DNA from: an uncultured Gemmatimonadaceae bacterium | GTDB taxonomy: Bacteria > Gemmatimonadota > Gemmatimonadetes > Gemmatimonadales > Gemmatimonadaceae | Assembly: GCA_963761305.1 (NCBI GenBank) | Contig: CAVXGK010000002.1 | Coordinates: 1,440,001-1,504,000, forward strand | DNA length: 64,000 nt | Reading direction: 5' to 3' | Shown: positions 1 through 9,927 of the stretch, one piece after another | Numbering within the stretch: position 1 is the stretch's first letter | How the letters are laid out: each line of letters opens with the position of its first letter | Notes under the pieces: model-generated | The model's input: only the letters and a program-made list of their open reading frames with translations | What the model was told of the DNA's origin: nothing | The model's database searches: none | Translations under genes and position numbers: made by a program

Positions 1-790
1 GAATTCGCTTCGCGGAGGCGTGTGTCGCGGCATTGCGGACCGCCTCCTGCGCGACTCTATAGAGTACGCCTTCGACGTCACGGGCCAATCGATTCGTGCC
101 CACGTCGATTTGGACGTCGACGTCGATCCCGCTTCCGTTGGAGGCATCGCGAGCCAGCTTGCGGAGCGCCGCTTCCAGTCCGAGGTCGTCGAGGACGCCG
201 GGGTGCAGCTGGTGCGACAGGGCGCGAATCTCGTGCAGCGATTCTTCGATTGCGTCGCGCACACCGCGGACCCGGTCGGACATGAGATGGTCGCTCGTGT
301 CGCGAGCAGCTGCCGAGAGCTGCAGCAGCACGGCGGCGAGCTGTTGCGCCACGGAGTCGTGGAGCTCTCGCGCCAATGTCGCGCGCTCGCGGTCGCCGGC
401 GGCGATGAGCTCCGCGGCAAGTTCTCGCATCCTCGCGCGATCGGCTGCCAATCCGTCGAGAAGAATGTTGAACATCGACCCGACCCGGAGCACTTGGCGG
501 TCGACGACACTCGATCGCTCAACGCGCGCGCCATAGTCACCCTGCCAAACGCGCGCGGCAACGCTCTCCAGGTCGCGAATCGGATGCAACGCGACCAAGA
601 GAAGGAGGAGATGCAACGTGACCACGGCGATGAGCGCGGTCACCACGACGCCATCGATCGGCTCACCGGCCATGAGCCACATCGTCGTCAGCAGCGCGAC
701 GACGAGGAGGTTGGCCCCGACCAGCTTCGCGGCCAGCGGTGCTCTCAGCGCGGTGAGGCGGATGCCTCGCCGCGCCTCGAACGACCTCAC
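1..790 (-). CDS. NarX/UhpB-type (HisKA_3) membrane sensor histidine kinase with HAMP domain, 3' end outside window
   Basis: Manual minus-strand translation from GTG at 790 (GTGA overlap with the oxidase stop): two TM segments, HAMP-like region, H-box 'RERATLARELHDSVAQQL', then 'LHPGVLDDLGLEAAL' and N-box 'YRVAQEAVRNA'. Not in ORF track because it is truncated by the window edge. Confidence 0.9.
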   Translation of the reverse strand, partial: MRSFEARRGIRLTALRAPLAAKLVGANLLVVALLTTMWLMAGEPIDGVVVTALIAVVTLHLLLLLVALHPIRDLESVAARVWQGDYGARVERSSVVDRQVLRVGSMFNILLDGLAADRARMRELAAELIAAGDRERATLARELHDSVAQQLAAVLLQLSAAARDTSDHLMSDRVRGVRDAIEESLHEIRALSHQLHPGVLDDLGLEAALRKLARDASNGSGIDVDVQIDVGTNRLARDVEGVLYRVAQEAVRNAATHASAKRI

Positions 791-1875
791 GCCTGAACCA
801 CCAGCGCGGTCACCATCCCGAACATTCCTTGCCCGGATTCGGCGTGCGGCAGGATGTGACAGTGAAAGGCCCATGTTCCCGGATTGTTGCAGTTGACGAT
901 CACGTCCCAGCGTTCGCCGGGCGCCACGTTCAGCGTGTCGCACCGCCACGGCGCGGGGACCGGCCATCCGTCCTTCGCGATGACGGTCATGTGCATGCCG
1001 TGCAGGTGCATCGGGTGGATCATCATCCCTTCATTCATGAAGCGGATGCGAACTTTCTGTCCGAGCTTCGCGACGATCGGCTGCGTCGCGGGAAAACTCT
1101 TTCCGTTGAACGTGTACCCGTGCGCGCCGTCGTTGAGGATGAACACTTGATCCACGTTCGGCGTGTCGTCCTTCGTCTTCGCTTTCGGCTCGACGATGAA
1201 CGCGCCGAGCAGGCCCAGACCCACTTGCTTCGCCGAGTCGTGGTGCGAGTGGTACATGTGCGAGCCGTGGTTCGGCACCACGAACTCGTACGTGAACGAC
1301 GCGCCCGGTTTCACGGGCGGCTGTGTGATGAACGGAACGCCGTCCATCGCGTTGGGCAGCTCGAGCCCGTGAAAGTGAATCGCCGTCGATTCGGGGAGCT
1401 GGTTGTGAAGAATCACCTTCACGCGGTCGCCCAACGTGACGCGAATCTGCGGGCCGGGTACCTGGTCGTTATACGCCCACGCCTCTACCGAGCGGCCGGG
1501 CTCCGTCTCCCACTGAATCTTTTTCGCCGTCAGCTCAAAGACCTTCACGCCGTTCTCCAGGCGCGGCTCCAGGAGCTGGTTGCCCATGCCCGCCGTCTTC
1601 GCCGGAAAGGCCTTGATGCCCTTCTCGTGCATCGCGTCCATCGAGTCGGCCGCCGAGAGCGCAGCCGCGCCGGAGGAGGTGTCGTTGGCGCCCATCGTGC
1701 CGCCGGTTTGCCCCGCGTGCTGCGCAACCGCTTGTGCGGCGGCCGGCGCCTTGGGCGACTCGGCCTTGCAGGCCGTCGCGAACCCGGCAAAGAAAGCGAC
1801 CGCACCACCTTCGCGCAGAAAGCGGCGTCGGGAGGTGGTGCGGTCGAACAGGTCCAACTCAGATCGTTCAGACAT
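787..1875 (-). CDS. Tat-exported two-domain multicopper oxidase (small laccase-like)
   Basis: SRRRFL twin-arginine motif; copper motifs HFH, YHSH, HPMHLH, HCHILPH..M; 362 aa. Confidence 0.92.
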   Translation of the reverse strand: MSERSELDLFDRTTSRRRFLREGGAVAFFAGFATACKAESPKAPAAAQAVAQHAGQTGGTMGANDTSSGAAALSAADSMDAMHEKGIKAFPAKTAGMGNQLLEPRLENGVKVFELTAKKIQWETEPGRSVEAWAYNDQVPGPQIRVTLGDRVKVILHNQLPESTAIHFHGLELPNAMDGVPFITQPPVKPGASFTYEFVVPNHGSHMYHSHHDSAKQVGLGLLGAFIVEPKAKTKDDTPNVDQVFILNDGAHGYTFNGKSFPATQPIVAKLGQKVRIRFMNEGMMIHPMHLHGMHMTVIAKDGWPVPAPWRCDTLNVAPGERWDVIVNCNNPGTWAFHCHILPHAESGQGMFGMVTALVVQA

Positions 1876-1966
1876 CGTTCGCTCGTCAGAGGTGATGGGT
1901 GCGAATCTCGGGTCGTGTCCGTCCTGTCTCAGTCAGCGATCGGTGGAAATCCCGAAAGGGATTCCC

Positions 1967-2608
1967 TTACTTCGGGGCGTCCTTGTCGGCGACCGCGGCC
2001 GCGATCGCCTTGGCGGTGACGGTCAGCGCGAAATTGACTTTCACTTCGTCGCCCGTGCGCAGTGTGCCGAAGATCGCCGTCGGTGGCTTGATACCGTAGT
2101 CCGTCATCTTGATCGGGACGACGCCGGTCGCTTTCACCGTTCCATCGGGCATTCGCGTCGCCGTGACGTCCATGGCGAGCGTGTTTTCCTTTCCGGCAAG
2201 CGTCAGTGTGCCCGTCGTCTTGAGCGTGAAGCCGTCCGCTTCACCGGGCACTGCGTCGAACGTCGCCATGATGTAACTGATCTCCGGCGACGCGTCGGCC
2301 TTGAGCGCCTTGTACACGTTGCCGTCCATGCCGCCGTGGTCGCACTTGAGCGATTTCACCGGCACCTTCACTTCCACTCGCTTGAGCAGCTTCGGTGTGG
2401 CGGTCGCGAGGTCCGCCACGGCCGCCGCGTCGAGCTCGATCGCCGCGTCGAACTTCTCGGCGGCACAGCTCCAGCCGTGCAGATTGGACGTCCCTTCGAT
2501 CCACAGCTTGCTGTCCGGAGCAACGGAAACGCGCGTTGTCGCTTGTCCCGCGGCGGTGGCGGCGAGTGCGCCGAGAAGCGCTGCGGCTGCGACGTAGGCT
2601 CTGGTCAT
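1967..2608 (-). CDS. YceI-family secreted lipid/polyisoprenoid-binding protein
   Basis: ATG at 2608 preceded by GGAGGAAGG; signal peptide; motifs 'GTSNLHGW', 'GTLTLAG', 'MTDYGIKPP'. Confidence 0.85.
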   Translation of the reverse strand: MTRAYVAAAALLGALAATAAGQATTRVSVAPDSKLWIEGTSNLHGWSCAAEKFDAAIELDAAAVADLATATPKLLKRVEVKVPVKSLKCDHGGMDGNVYKALKADASPEISYIMATFDAVPGEADGFTLKTTGTLTLAGKENTLAMDVTATRMPDGTVKATGVVPIKMTDYGIKPPTAIFGTLRTGDEVKVNFALTVTAKAIAAAVADKDAPK

Positions 2609-2785
2609 CGTTCCTTCCTCCGAGTGTCGATCGAGGCTGCGGCCGGTTGGCGTGCAAGGCTCGGCATCGATTCTGGAGTGAAGATCGGGTCGCGAGGCGG
2701 CGACCAGAGTCGGGGGGAGGACGAAATCCGGTGCGGGTTCCTCGTGGTGCGTTGTCGTGAAATGCCTGACGGGGTCGGAATGCCG

Positions 2786-2872
2786 CAGAACGATTCGAGC
2801 CAATCACTCGGAAGTGATTGGCTCGTCGATAGCAGGCGTGGGACTCGGACCCACGACCCCGGCATTTGGAGT
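2786..2872 (-). repeat. Distal att site: duplicated 3' half of tRNA-Met plus downstream hairpin
   Basis: 2786-2866 matches 23869-23949 at 75/81 positions; similarity fades in the anticodon loop (CTCCAAA vs CTCATAA). Confidence 0.92.
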
Positions 2873-3046
2873 TCGACTTTGCCCAAGGCTGAAGTCGTTC
2901 TCCCCTCTGAAGAGGCGGAATAACGCGGAACCGAAAAGCAAGAAAGGATGCAAGCGTGGGTACCATAGTGGGTACCTATCGCTACACGACCGCCCGAACC
3001 GCGCTCTAAGTTGCTCGTTCACGAACGTGAGGGGCGTCCCGCTCAC

Positions 3047-3277
3047 TCACTGCGCGGGGACCGGCCGCGACATCGCTCGGCGCGCCATCAACAGGAGGAC
3101 GATTCCAAACACGAGCATCACTAGCCCCCACCAAAGATTCACGTTCGCACCCGAGGAACGATCGGGCCCTCCAGTGCTCCGGGACGCGAATAGTCCGTAG
3201 CCGGTGAGCATCGCCCCGAGCACGGTGAACAGTCCGCCGATCGGCGCGCGGATGTCCAGCCCTTCCGGTGCATTCAT
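3047..3277 (-). CDS. Small two-TM membrane protein accompanying the sodium:solute symporter
   Basis: 'LDIRAPIGGLFTVLG...NVNLWWGLVMLVFG'; directly downstream of the SSS gene. Confidence 0.75.
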   Translation of the reverse strand: MNAPEGLDIRAPIGGLFTVLGAMLTGYGLFASRSTGGPDRSSGANVNLWWGLVMLVFGIVLLLMARRAMSRPVPAQ

Positions 3278-3289
3278 GAGAATGCCGCC

Positions 3290-5052
3290 TCAGAGAAAGA
3301 GAAGATTCAAGCCGATGACGAGCACGATCACCACCATCGCGAGGGACACAGGGCGCTTGTACCACGGGACGTCCCCGTCCTTCGGCTTCGGCGTGAGCGA
3401 GTAGACCAGCCCCACGAGTTCCGGTTCTTCGCGCGGACGCGTCCAGAGGCTCACCACGATGGTCACGACGAAGCACGTCGTCCACGCCACGATCGCCGTC
3501 CAGAATGTCTGCGCAAGCTCGCTTCGATATATGTGCATCACACCGAAGTAGCCCCCTTTCACTCCCACGCTCGCCCCCATCGGCAGCGTCAGGCCGTGGT
3601 GCACCGCGGCGCCGATGGTGCCCGCGAGAAGACCGGTGAACGCAGCATGACCCGTCGTGCGCTTCCAGAACATCCCTAACGCGAAGGTAGCGAACAGCGG
3701 CGCGTTCACGAAGGCGAACACGAGCTGCAGCAGATCCATGATGTTGTTGAACGAGCCGGCGACGTATGCCGCTGCGATCGATAGCAGAATCCCGCCGACC
3801 GTCGCCACTCGTCCCATCCGCAGGTAGTGCTCGTCCGATTCGCCGGACCGGATGTGGCTCTGGTAGATGTCATACGTCCACACCGTATTGAACGCGGTCA
3901 CGTTCCCCGCCATCCCGGACATGAACGATGCGAGCAGAGCGGTGAGTCCGAGCCCGAGCATCCCGGACGGGAAGAGCCTCACGAGCATCATGGGCGTCGC
4001 GAGATCGTAGTCCAGCACGGCGCGTCCCGCGCTGTCGATCAGTGGAGCCCCGGTCGCTCCCAGCTTGGCAGGAATCATCCCCCCCCCATCCCGGCGCCAT
4101 GGCCAACCGTGAGCGCCAGCGCGATCATCCCCGGCAGAATGACGAGAAAGGGGAAAAGCATCTTCGGGAACGCGGCGATGAGCGGGGTGCGGCGTGCCGC
4201 CGTCATGGAATCGGCCGCCATCGCCCGCTGCACGACGAGGAAATCGGTGCACCAGTACCCGAACGACAGCACGAATCCCAGCCCCATGACCAGCCCAAAC
4301 CACTCCACGCCGATCGGATTGTCCGCCGAATTGCCCAATCCTCGCCACGCGTTCGTGTACGCCTGGGGCGGGAGTCCGTTCGAGACGGCAGCGGCGCTCA
4401 GTTTGGACATCAGCCCGCCCCACCCTCCCACTGAACGAAGTCCCAGGAACACCAGTGGCGCAAAACCGAACACGATCAGGAAGAACTGCAGCACCTCATT
4501 GTAGATGGCGCTCGTCAACCCGCCGAGTGTGACGTAGGCGAGCACGATCGCCGCCGAGGCGAGCACGCTGGTGTCGAAGCTCCAACCGAGCAGGAGATGA
4601 AAGAGCTTCCCCATCGCGTACATCGAAATCCCCGATGAGAAAATCGTCATCACGGCGAACGTCGCCGCGTTGAGCGTGCGCGTCTTCTCATCGAACCGGA
4701 GTTTGAGGTACTCCGGCACCGAGCGCGCCCGCGATCCGTAATAGAAAGGCATCATGAACAGCCCGACGAATACCATCGCCGGAATCGCACCCACCCAGTA
4801 GAAATGGCTTGTCGCGATGCCGTACTTGGCCCCCGAGGCCCCCATCCCGATCACTTCCTGCGCGCCGAGGTTCGCCGAGATGAATGCGAGCCCAGTCACC
4901 CAAGCCGGAAGCGCCTTTCCGGCGAGGAAAAAATCGGTGCTCGTTCGCATGGCGCGCTTGAGCGCCATGCCCACGCCGAGCACTGCCACGAAGTACACCG
5001 CCATGATCGCGTAGTCGATCGCCGCCAACTGGGTGATCGGAGTTCCGTTCAT
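3290..5052 (-). pseudogene. Sodium:solute symporter (SSS/SLC5) family sugar transporter, frameshifted at a G9 tract (pseudogene, phase-variable or sequencing error)
   Basis: ORFs 4075..5109 and 3290..4423 give consecutive SSS halves ('DFFLAG', 'SVPEYLKLRF', 'LLASFMSG', 'LFATFALGMFWKR'); the junction is the C9 run at 4079-4087; G10 or G7 restores the frame. Confidence 0.88.
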
Positions 5053-5289
5053 GTGTACGCGTGTTGTGAGGGAGATGATCGGCGACTGCGGATCCTTCGC
5101 TTCGCTCAACCCGACATCAAGACTCAGCGCGGGGGTATTGACAGACTCCTGCCCGACATACCGATTGGTGGCGTCGCACGAATCGTTACGCCGTTGTGAC
5201 TCGAAGGCTCGGGTGACCGCAACGCGGCTTCAACCTGCCGCCATCCCGGGGCCGGCAGGCCCACCAAAAATCCAATGGAGTCCGTCCGT

Positions 5290-8226
5290 ATGAGAAGACT
5301 CAGGTTGGTCCTCGGCGCGTTCATAGTAGTAGTTGGGACTGCGCCAGTTTGCGCACAGGGAACCGGTACGATTCGCGGACGCGTCACCGCCAATAATACT
5401 GAGCAAGGCCTGGCCGGGGCGTTAGTCACGTTCCGAAATCGAAGCGTGTATACGCGCGACGATGGCTCATTCCTGATATCAGCGGTCGCGCCCGGGGCGG
5501 ACACGCTCCGGGCGAGAGTCGTGGGGTATGCGCCCGCGAAGCGAGCGCTCACGGTCGCCCCCGGTCAGACCGTCGTTGGCGATGTCTCGCTAACTGCGGT
5601 GGCCGTGCAGCTCTCTGAAATCGTCTCCACCGGATACGGCACGCAGCGGGCTGGAAGCGTGACAGGCGCCGTGACCAAGGTTTCAGCAGACGAGTTCAAT
5701 ACCGGCCGCATCGTCAGCCCCGAGCAACTCATCGAGAGCAAAGTTGCCGGAGCGGAGGTGATCGACAACAACGAGCCGGGCGGCGGCATGTCCATTCGGA
5801 TTCGCGGCGCGACCTCGATCAACGCGAGCAGCGATCCGCTCTATGTGGTCGACGGCTTGCCGATCGGCACCGGCGGCGGGCTCGCGACCAGCGGCCGCGA
5901 CCCCCTCAATTTCCTGAACCCGAGCGACATTGAAAGCATCACGGTGCTCAAAGGCGGCGAGGCTGCGTCGATCTACGGAGCAAACGCTGCCAATGGCGTC
6001 GTGATCATCCAGACGAAATCCGGCCGGCCGGGGCAGACGCATGTCGACTATTCGACCAGCATGTCGTCGTCGCAGGTGACTCGGCTTCCCTCGATGCTGA
6101 ACGCGACGCAGTTCGCGGCGGCCGTGCAGCAGTATGCGCCGCAGAACGCCAATCAGTTGGGGAGCGCCAACACGGATTGGTTCGCCCAGGTTGACCGCAC
6201 GGGAGTCGGCCAGGACCAGAATGTCTCGGTGTCGGGCGCCGGTACGAGCAACGCCTACCGACTGTCGCTCGGCTATCTCAATCAACAAGGGATCATCAAG
6301 TCGAGCAGCACTCAACGAGGCAGCTTAGGCCTGAATTACTCGCAGCGGTTGTTCGACGACCGCCTCGACGTGAACACCAATCTGTTCGGATCGCGCTCGG
6401 TCGATCAGTTCGCGCCAAACGGCGTGCTGTCCAATGCGGCTCAGATGGGGCCGACTCAGCCGGTGACCGACCCGACGAGCGCGACGGGCTACTACAACTG
6501 GCCGGGGAACAGCTTGCAATCGGCCGACAATCCGGCGGAAATCCTCAAGCTGGCCACGGATAAGGGCACAACGTATCGCAGCATCGGTAACGTGCAGGCC
6601 AGCTATCGGATGCCGTTCCTCGATGCCTTGACCGCCAACGCCAACGTCGGTTATGACCTCACCGAAATTGACCGGTCCACCTTCAATCCGCAGTCTCTCC
6701 ACGCACAGTTGAAGGCGGGGACGGGCGGCACCCTCTTTACGACGGATCCGAACCTATTCAACCCGCTGCTCGAGACGTATCTAAACTATGTGTCCTCCTT
6801 TCCAGCTTTGCCCGGAAGCTTTGATCTGACGGGCGGCTACTCGTATTCGAAGTCCCACGGCGAGTATCCGTCGCTCAACGAGTCGAACCTCAGCACCAGT
6901 CTCCTCGGCAGCAACGGTATCGCGGCGGCGGCGACGGTGCAGAACGCGCTGAACATCCAGGATAGCAGGCTGATCTCGTTTTTCGGGCGGCTCAACTACA
7001 ACCTGAACGACCGCTATCTGGCGTCATTGAGCGTGCGGCGCGACGGGTCGTCGCGGTTCGGACCCGACAATGCCTGGGGCAACTTTCCGGCGGTTGCGGT
7101 CGCATGGCGCGTGTCGCAGGAATCGTTCATGAGCAGCCACCCATCGCTCTCCGACCTGAAGGTGCGGGCGTCGTGGGGCATCACGGGGAACCAGCAATTC
7201 GCCAACTATCAGCAGTACGCTGCCTACACGTTGGGCGACGCGCAGTCGCAGGTGCAGTTCGGCAATACATTCGTCAGCACCATCCGCCCCGCTGCGGTCG
7301 ACCCGAACATCAAATGGGAACAGACCAAGTCCTACGACCTCGGGCTCGATTGGGGCTTCGACGATCAACGAATCAGTGGCACCATCGACTGGTACAACAA
7401 GAGCACGAACGACCTCATTTTCACGGTGCCCGTCGCAGCTGGAAGTAACTTCTCGAACTTCCTGACGACCAACATCGGCAGCATGAAGAATTCGGGGGTC
7501 GAGTTCGCGCTCGATGCCCGCGTGATCGACGGCAAGCGTGGTGGCATCGGCTGGACGACCAACTTCAACGCGGCTCGCAACTCGAACCAGCTGACGAGCA
7601 TCAATCCGACGGGCGGTCTCGGACAGAAGATCCTGACCGGTGGTATCGCGGGTGGCGTCGGCACGACAATCGAGGTGCTGCAACCGGGCGAGCCCATCAA
7701 CTCGTTCTACGTCTTCAAGCAGACGTACGACGCGAGCGGAAAACCGATTCAGGGGAAGTACTCCGACTCCCTTCCCGAGCCGTTTCACGACCCCGCGCCC
7801 AAGTGGATCTTGGGCCACACTTCGTTCCTGACGTACGGCAAATGGGACGCGAGCTTCACGTTGCGGGCGTGGCTTGGGAACTATGTGTACAACAATGTGG
7901 CATCGAACCTTGGGGATTACGCGGAGCTCACGCGCGGCTCGCCGTACAACCTGCAGACGTCGGTGCTGGCGACCGGGTTCACCCAGCCGCAGTATCAATC
8001 GAGTTATTATGTCGAGGACGGATCATTCTTACGGATGGACAACATCACCCTCGGCTATGCGTTTCAGTATCATGGCGAGCCGCTCCGCCTGTACGGCGCG
8101 TTGCAGAACGCGTTCACTATCACGGGGTACAGCGGCGTGGACCCGACAGCAGGGCTGAACGGCATCGACAACAACATTTATCCGCGGGCGCGTACCTGGA
8201 CCGGCGGCGTGAGCATTCGGTTCTGA
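5290..8226 (+). CDS. susC: SusC/RagA-family TonB-dependent outer-membrane transporter
   Basis: Signal peptide, carboxypeptidase-regulatory-like N-domain, plug motifs 'PLYVVDG' and 'NPSDIESITVLK..AASIYGANAANGVVIIQTK', 'RRDGSSRFG', C-terminal Phe; GGAG before ATG 5290. Confidence 0.95.
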   Translation: MRRLRLVLGAFIVVVGTAPVCAQGTGTIRGRVTANNTEQGLAGALVTFRNRSVYTRDDGSFLISAVAPGADTLRARVVGYAPAKRALTVAPGQTVVGDVSLTAVAVQLSEIVSTGYGTQRAGSVTGAVTKVSADEFNTGRIVSPEQLIESKVAGAEVIDNNEPGGGMSIRIRGATSINASSDPLYVVDGLPIGTGGGLATSGRDPLNFLNPSDIESITVLKGGEAASIYGANAANGVVIIQTKSGRPGQTHVDYSTSMSSSQVTRLPSMLNATQFAAAVQQYAPQNANQLGSANTDWFAQVDRTGVGQDQNVSVSGAGTSNAYRLSLGYLNQQGIIKSSSTQRGSLGLNYSQRLFDDRLDVNTNLFGSRSVDQFAPNGVLSNAAQMGPTQPVTDPTSATGYYNWPGNSLQSADNPAEILKLATDKGTTYRSIGNVQASYRMPFLDALTANANVGYDLTEIDRSTFNPQSLHAQLKAGTGGTLFTTDPNLFNPLLETYLNYVSSFPALPGSFDLTGGYSYSKSHGEYPSLNESNLSTSLLGSNGIAAAATVQNALNIQDSRLISFFGRLNYNLNDRYLASLSVRRDGSSRFGPDNAWGNFPAVAVAWRVSQESFMSSHPSLSDLKVRASWGITGNQQFANYQQYAAYTLGDAQSQVQFGNTFVSTIRPAAVDPNIKWEQTKSYDLGLDWGFDDQRISGTIDWYNKSTNDLIFTVPVAAGSNFSNFLTTNIGSMKNSGVEFALDARVIDGKRGGIGWTTNFNAARNSNQLTSINPTGGLGQKILTGGIAGGVGTTIEVLQPGEPINSFYVFKQTYDASGKPIQGKYSDSLPEPFHDPAPKWILGHTSFLTYGKWDASFTLRAWLGNYVYNNVASNLGDYAELTRGSPYNLQTSVLATGFTQPQYQSSYYVEDGSFLRMDNITLGYAFQYHGEPLRLYGALQNAFTITGYSGVDPTAGLNGIDNNIYPRARTWTGGVSIRF

Positions 8227-8267
8227 CAAATGGCTCCGAACCCTACCATTCGCGAAGGTACCCAAAC

Positions 8268-9845
8268 ATGAACGCCAGAACATCCACGGTGTTCGCCAGT
8301 GCCGCGGCCCTTCTGTTCGTGACCGCCACTTCCTGCACCGATTTGACCGTCCAGCCGGTGAGCACCGTCACGAGCGCCAACATCTTCAACGATCCAACCT
8401 CGTACCAGAAGTTCATCGCCAAACTGTATGCCGGTCTGGCCGTCGGCGGGGAATCGTCCGGCGACGGGAACACCGACATCCAAGGCATCGACGGGGGGTT
8501 CTCCCAATACTTGCGGCTCTATTGGGAAATGGAGGAGTTGCCGACCGATGAAGCCGTATTGGCCTGGGGCGACATCGGCATCCCCGATTTGAACACGCAG
8601 ACCTGGAACGCGTTCAACGTGTTCCCGCAGTCGATGTACTACCGGGTCTTCTTCCAGGCGGCCCTGGCCAACGAGTTTCTGCGTCAGACGACGGACGATG
8701 CGCTCGCCGCGCATGGCGTCACCGGCGCGCTCAAGACCACGATCCAGCAGTACCGCGCTGAGGCGCGATTCCTCCGAGCGCTCAGCTACTGGCACGGGCT
8801 CGACCTGTTCGGGGACATCCCGCTCGTGACCGAGGCCGACCCCGTCGGCGGAGCGCCGCCGGCGCAGAGTACGCGTGCGGCGATTTACGCATACGTCGTG
8901 AAAGAGCTCACCGACATTCAGTCGCAGTTGCCTGCCCCCGGCCCGAGCACTTACGGTCGAGCAACCGGGGCTGCCGCGAACATGCTGCTCGCCAACCTGT
9001 ACCTGAACGCCGGTGTTTACACGGGCACGACAGCCTATCCCCAGGCACTGGCGGCCGCCCAAGCCGTCATCAGCTCCGGCGCGTATAGCCTCGATCCCAA
9101 CTTCAGGCACATGTTCCAGGCGGACAACAACACGTCGCCCGAGATCATTTTCGCCATCACGCAGGACGGACTGCACACGCAGACATACGGCGGCGTGAAT
9201 TTCATCATTCACGCTTCGTGCGGGGGTTCGCTGAGCAACTCCGTCATGGGGATCGACGGTTGCTGGTATGGCAACCGCCTCAAGCCACAAGCCTATATGC
9301 GCTACGATGCGACGAACGATAAACGGGCTTCGTTCATCTACACGTCCGGCCAGACGCTCGCCGTCGGCAGCATTTCCGACTTCGGCACCGGGTACCTCGC
9401 TCCGAAGTTCCAGAACGTGACCTCGGCCGGCGCGCCAGGATCGAACCCCGGATTCGTCGATACGGATTTTCCCATGTTTCGCCTCGGCGAGGCGTACCTG
9501 ATCTACGCGGAAGCGGCGGTGCGCGGAGGCGGCGACCTCTCGCAGGCGTTGACCTACGTCAACGCGCTCCGGCAGCGCGCCTATGGAAACACGAGCGGCA
9601 ACATCACCGCCGGGCAGCTCACCACGCAGTTCATCCTCGACGAGCGCGGTCGCGAGCTGCTCTGGGAGGCCCACCGTCGCACGGATCTCGTCCGCTTCGG
9701 GCTCTTCACGGGCGGCAGCTACACCTGGTCCTGGAAGGGCGGCACACAAGCTGGCGGGTCGACCGATGCTCACTTGAACCTGTTCCCGATTCCAGCCACG
9801 GAACTCGTGGCCAACCCGAAGCTCAAGCAGAATCCGGGCTACTAA
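8268..9845 (+). CDS. susD: SusD/RagB-family glycan-binding outer-membrane lipoprotein (starch-SusD-like)
   Basis: Lipobox 'ATSC'; 'EARFLRALSYWHGLDLFGDIP', 'FRLGEAYLIYAEA', 'ILDERGRELLWEAHRRTDLVRFG', terminal 'QNPGY'. Confidence 0.95.
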   Translation: MNARTSTVFASAAALLFVTATSCTDLTVQPVSTVTSANIFNDPTSYQKFIAKLYAGLAVGGESSGDGNTDIQGIDGGFSQYLRLYWEMEELPTDEAVLAWGDIGIPDLNTQTWNAFNVFPQSMYYRVFFQAALANEFLRQTTDDALAAHGVTGALKTTIQQYRAEARFLRALSYWHGLDLFGDIPLVTEADPVGGAPPAQSTRAAIYAYVVKELTDIQSQLPAPGPSTYGRATGAAANMLLANLYLNAGVYTGTTAYPQALAAAQAVISSGAYSLDPNFRHMFQADNNTSPEIIFAITQDGLHTQTYGGVNFIIHASCGGSLSNSVMGIDGCWYGNRLKPQAYMRYDATNDKRASFIYTSGQTLAVGSISDFGTGYLAPKFQNVTSAGAPGSNPGFVDTDFPMFRLGEAYLIYAEAAVRGGGDLSQALTYVNALRQRAYGNTSGNITAGQLTTQFILDERGRELLWEAHRRTDLVRFGLFTGGSYTWSWKGGTQAGGSTDAHLNLFPIPATELVANPKLKQNPGY

Positions 9846-9873
9846 GCGCAGCGCTGGTAGCGTCCGCCGTCCT

Positions 9874-9908
9874 GCAGCCAATCCGCTTTTGTCGCGCGGA
9901 TTGGCTGC
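9874..9908 (+). terminator. Perfect 13-bp stem-loop after susD (attenuator or mRNA-stabilising hairpin)
   Basis: GCAGCCAATCCGC-N9-GCGGATTGGCTGC; only a short U tail. Confidence 0.6.
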
Positions 9909-9927
9909 TTGGCGTTAGGCCCCAAAC

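Noticed and set aside
20..796. 258-aa plus-strand ORF and other long antisense or alternate-frame ORFs (e.g. 34223..36406, 42552..44516, 48599..50728)
   Set aside because: Shadow ORFs of real genes, expected in high-GC DNA; no protein motifs.
2830..2872. Functional tRNA gene
   Set aside because: Only the 3' half is present and the T-loop and anticodon loop are mutated; it is an att remnant.
5138..5166. Sigma70 promoter for susC (TTGACA at 5138)
   Set aside because: No acceptable -10 hexamer at 16-18 bp spacing.
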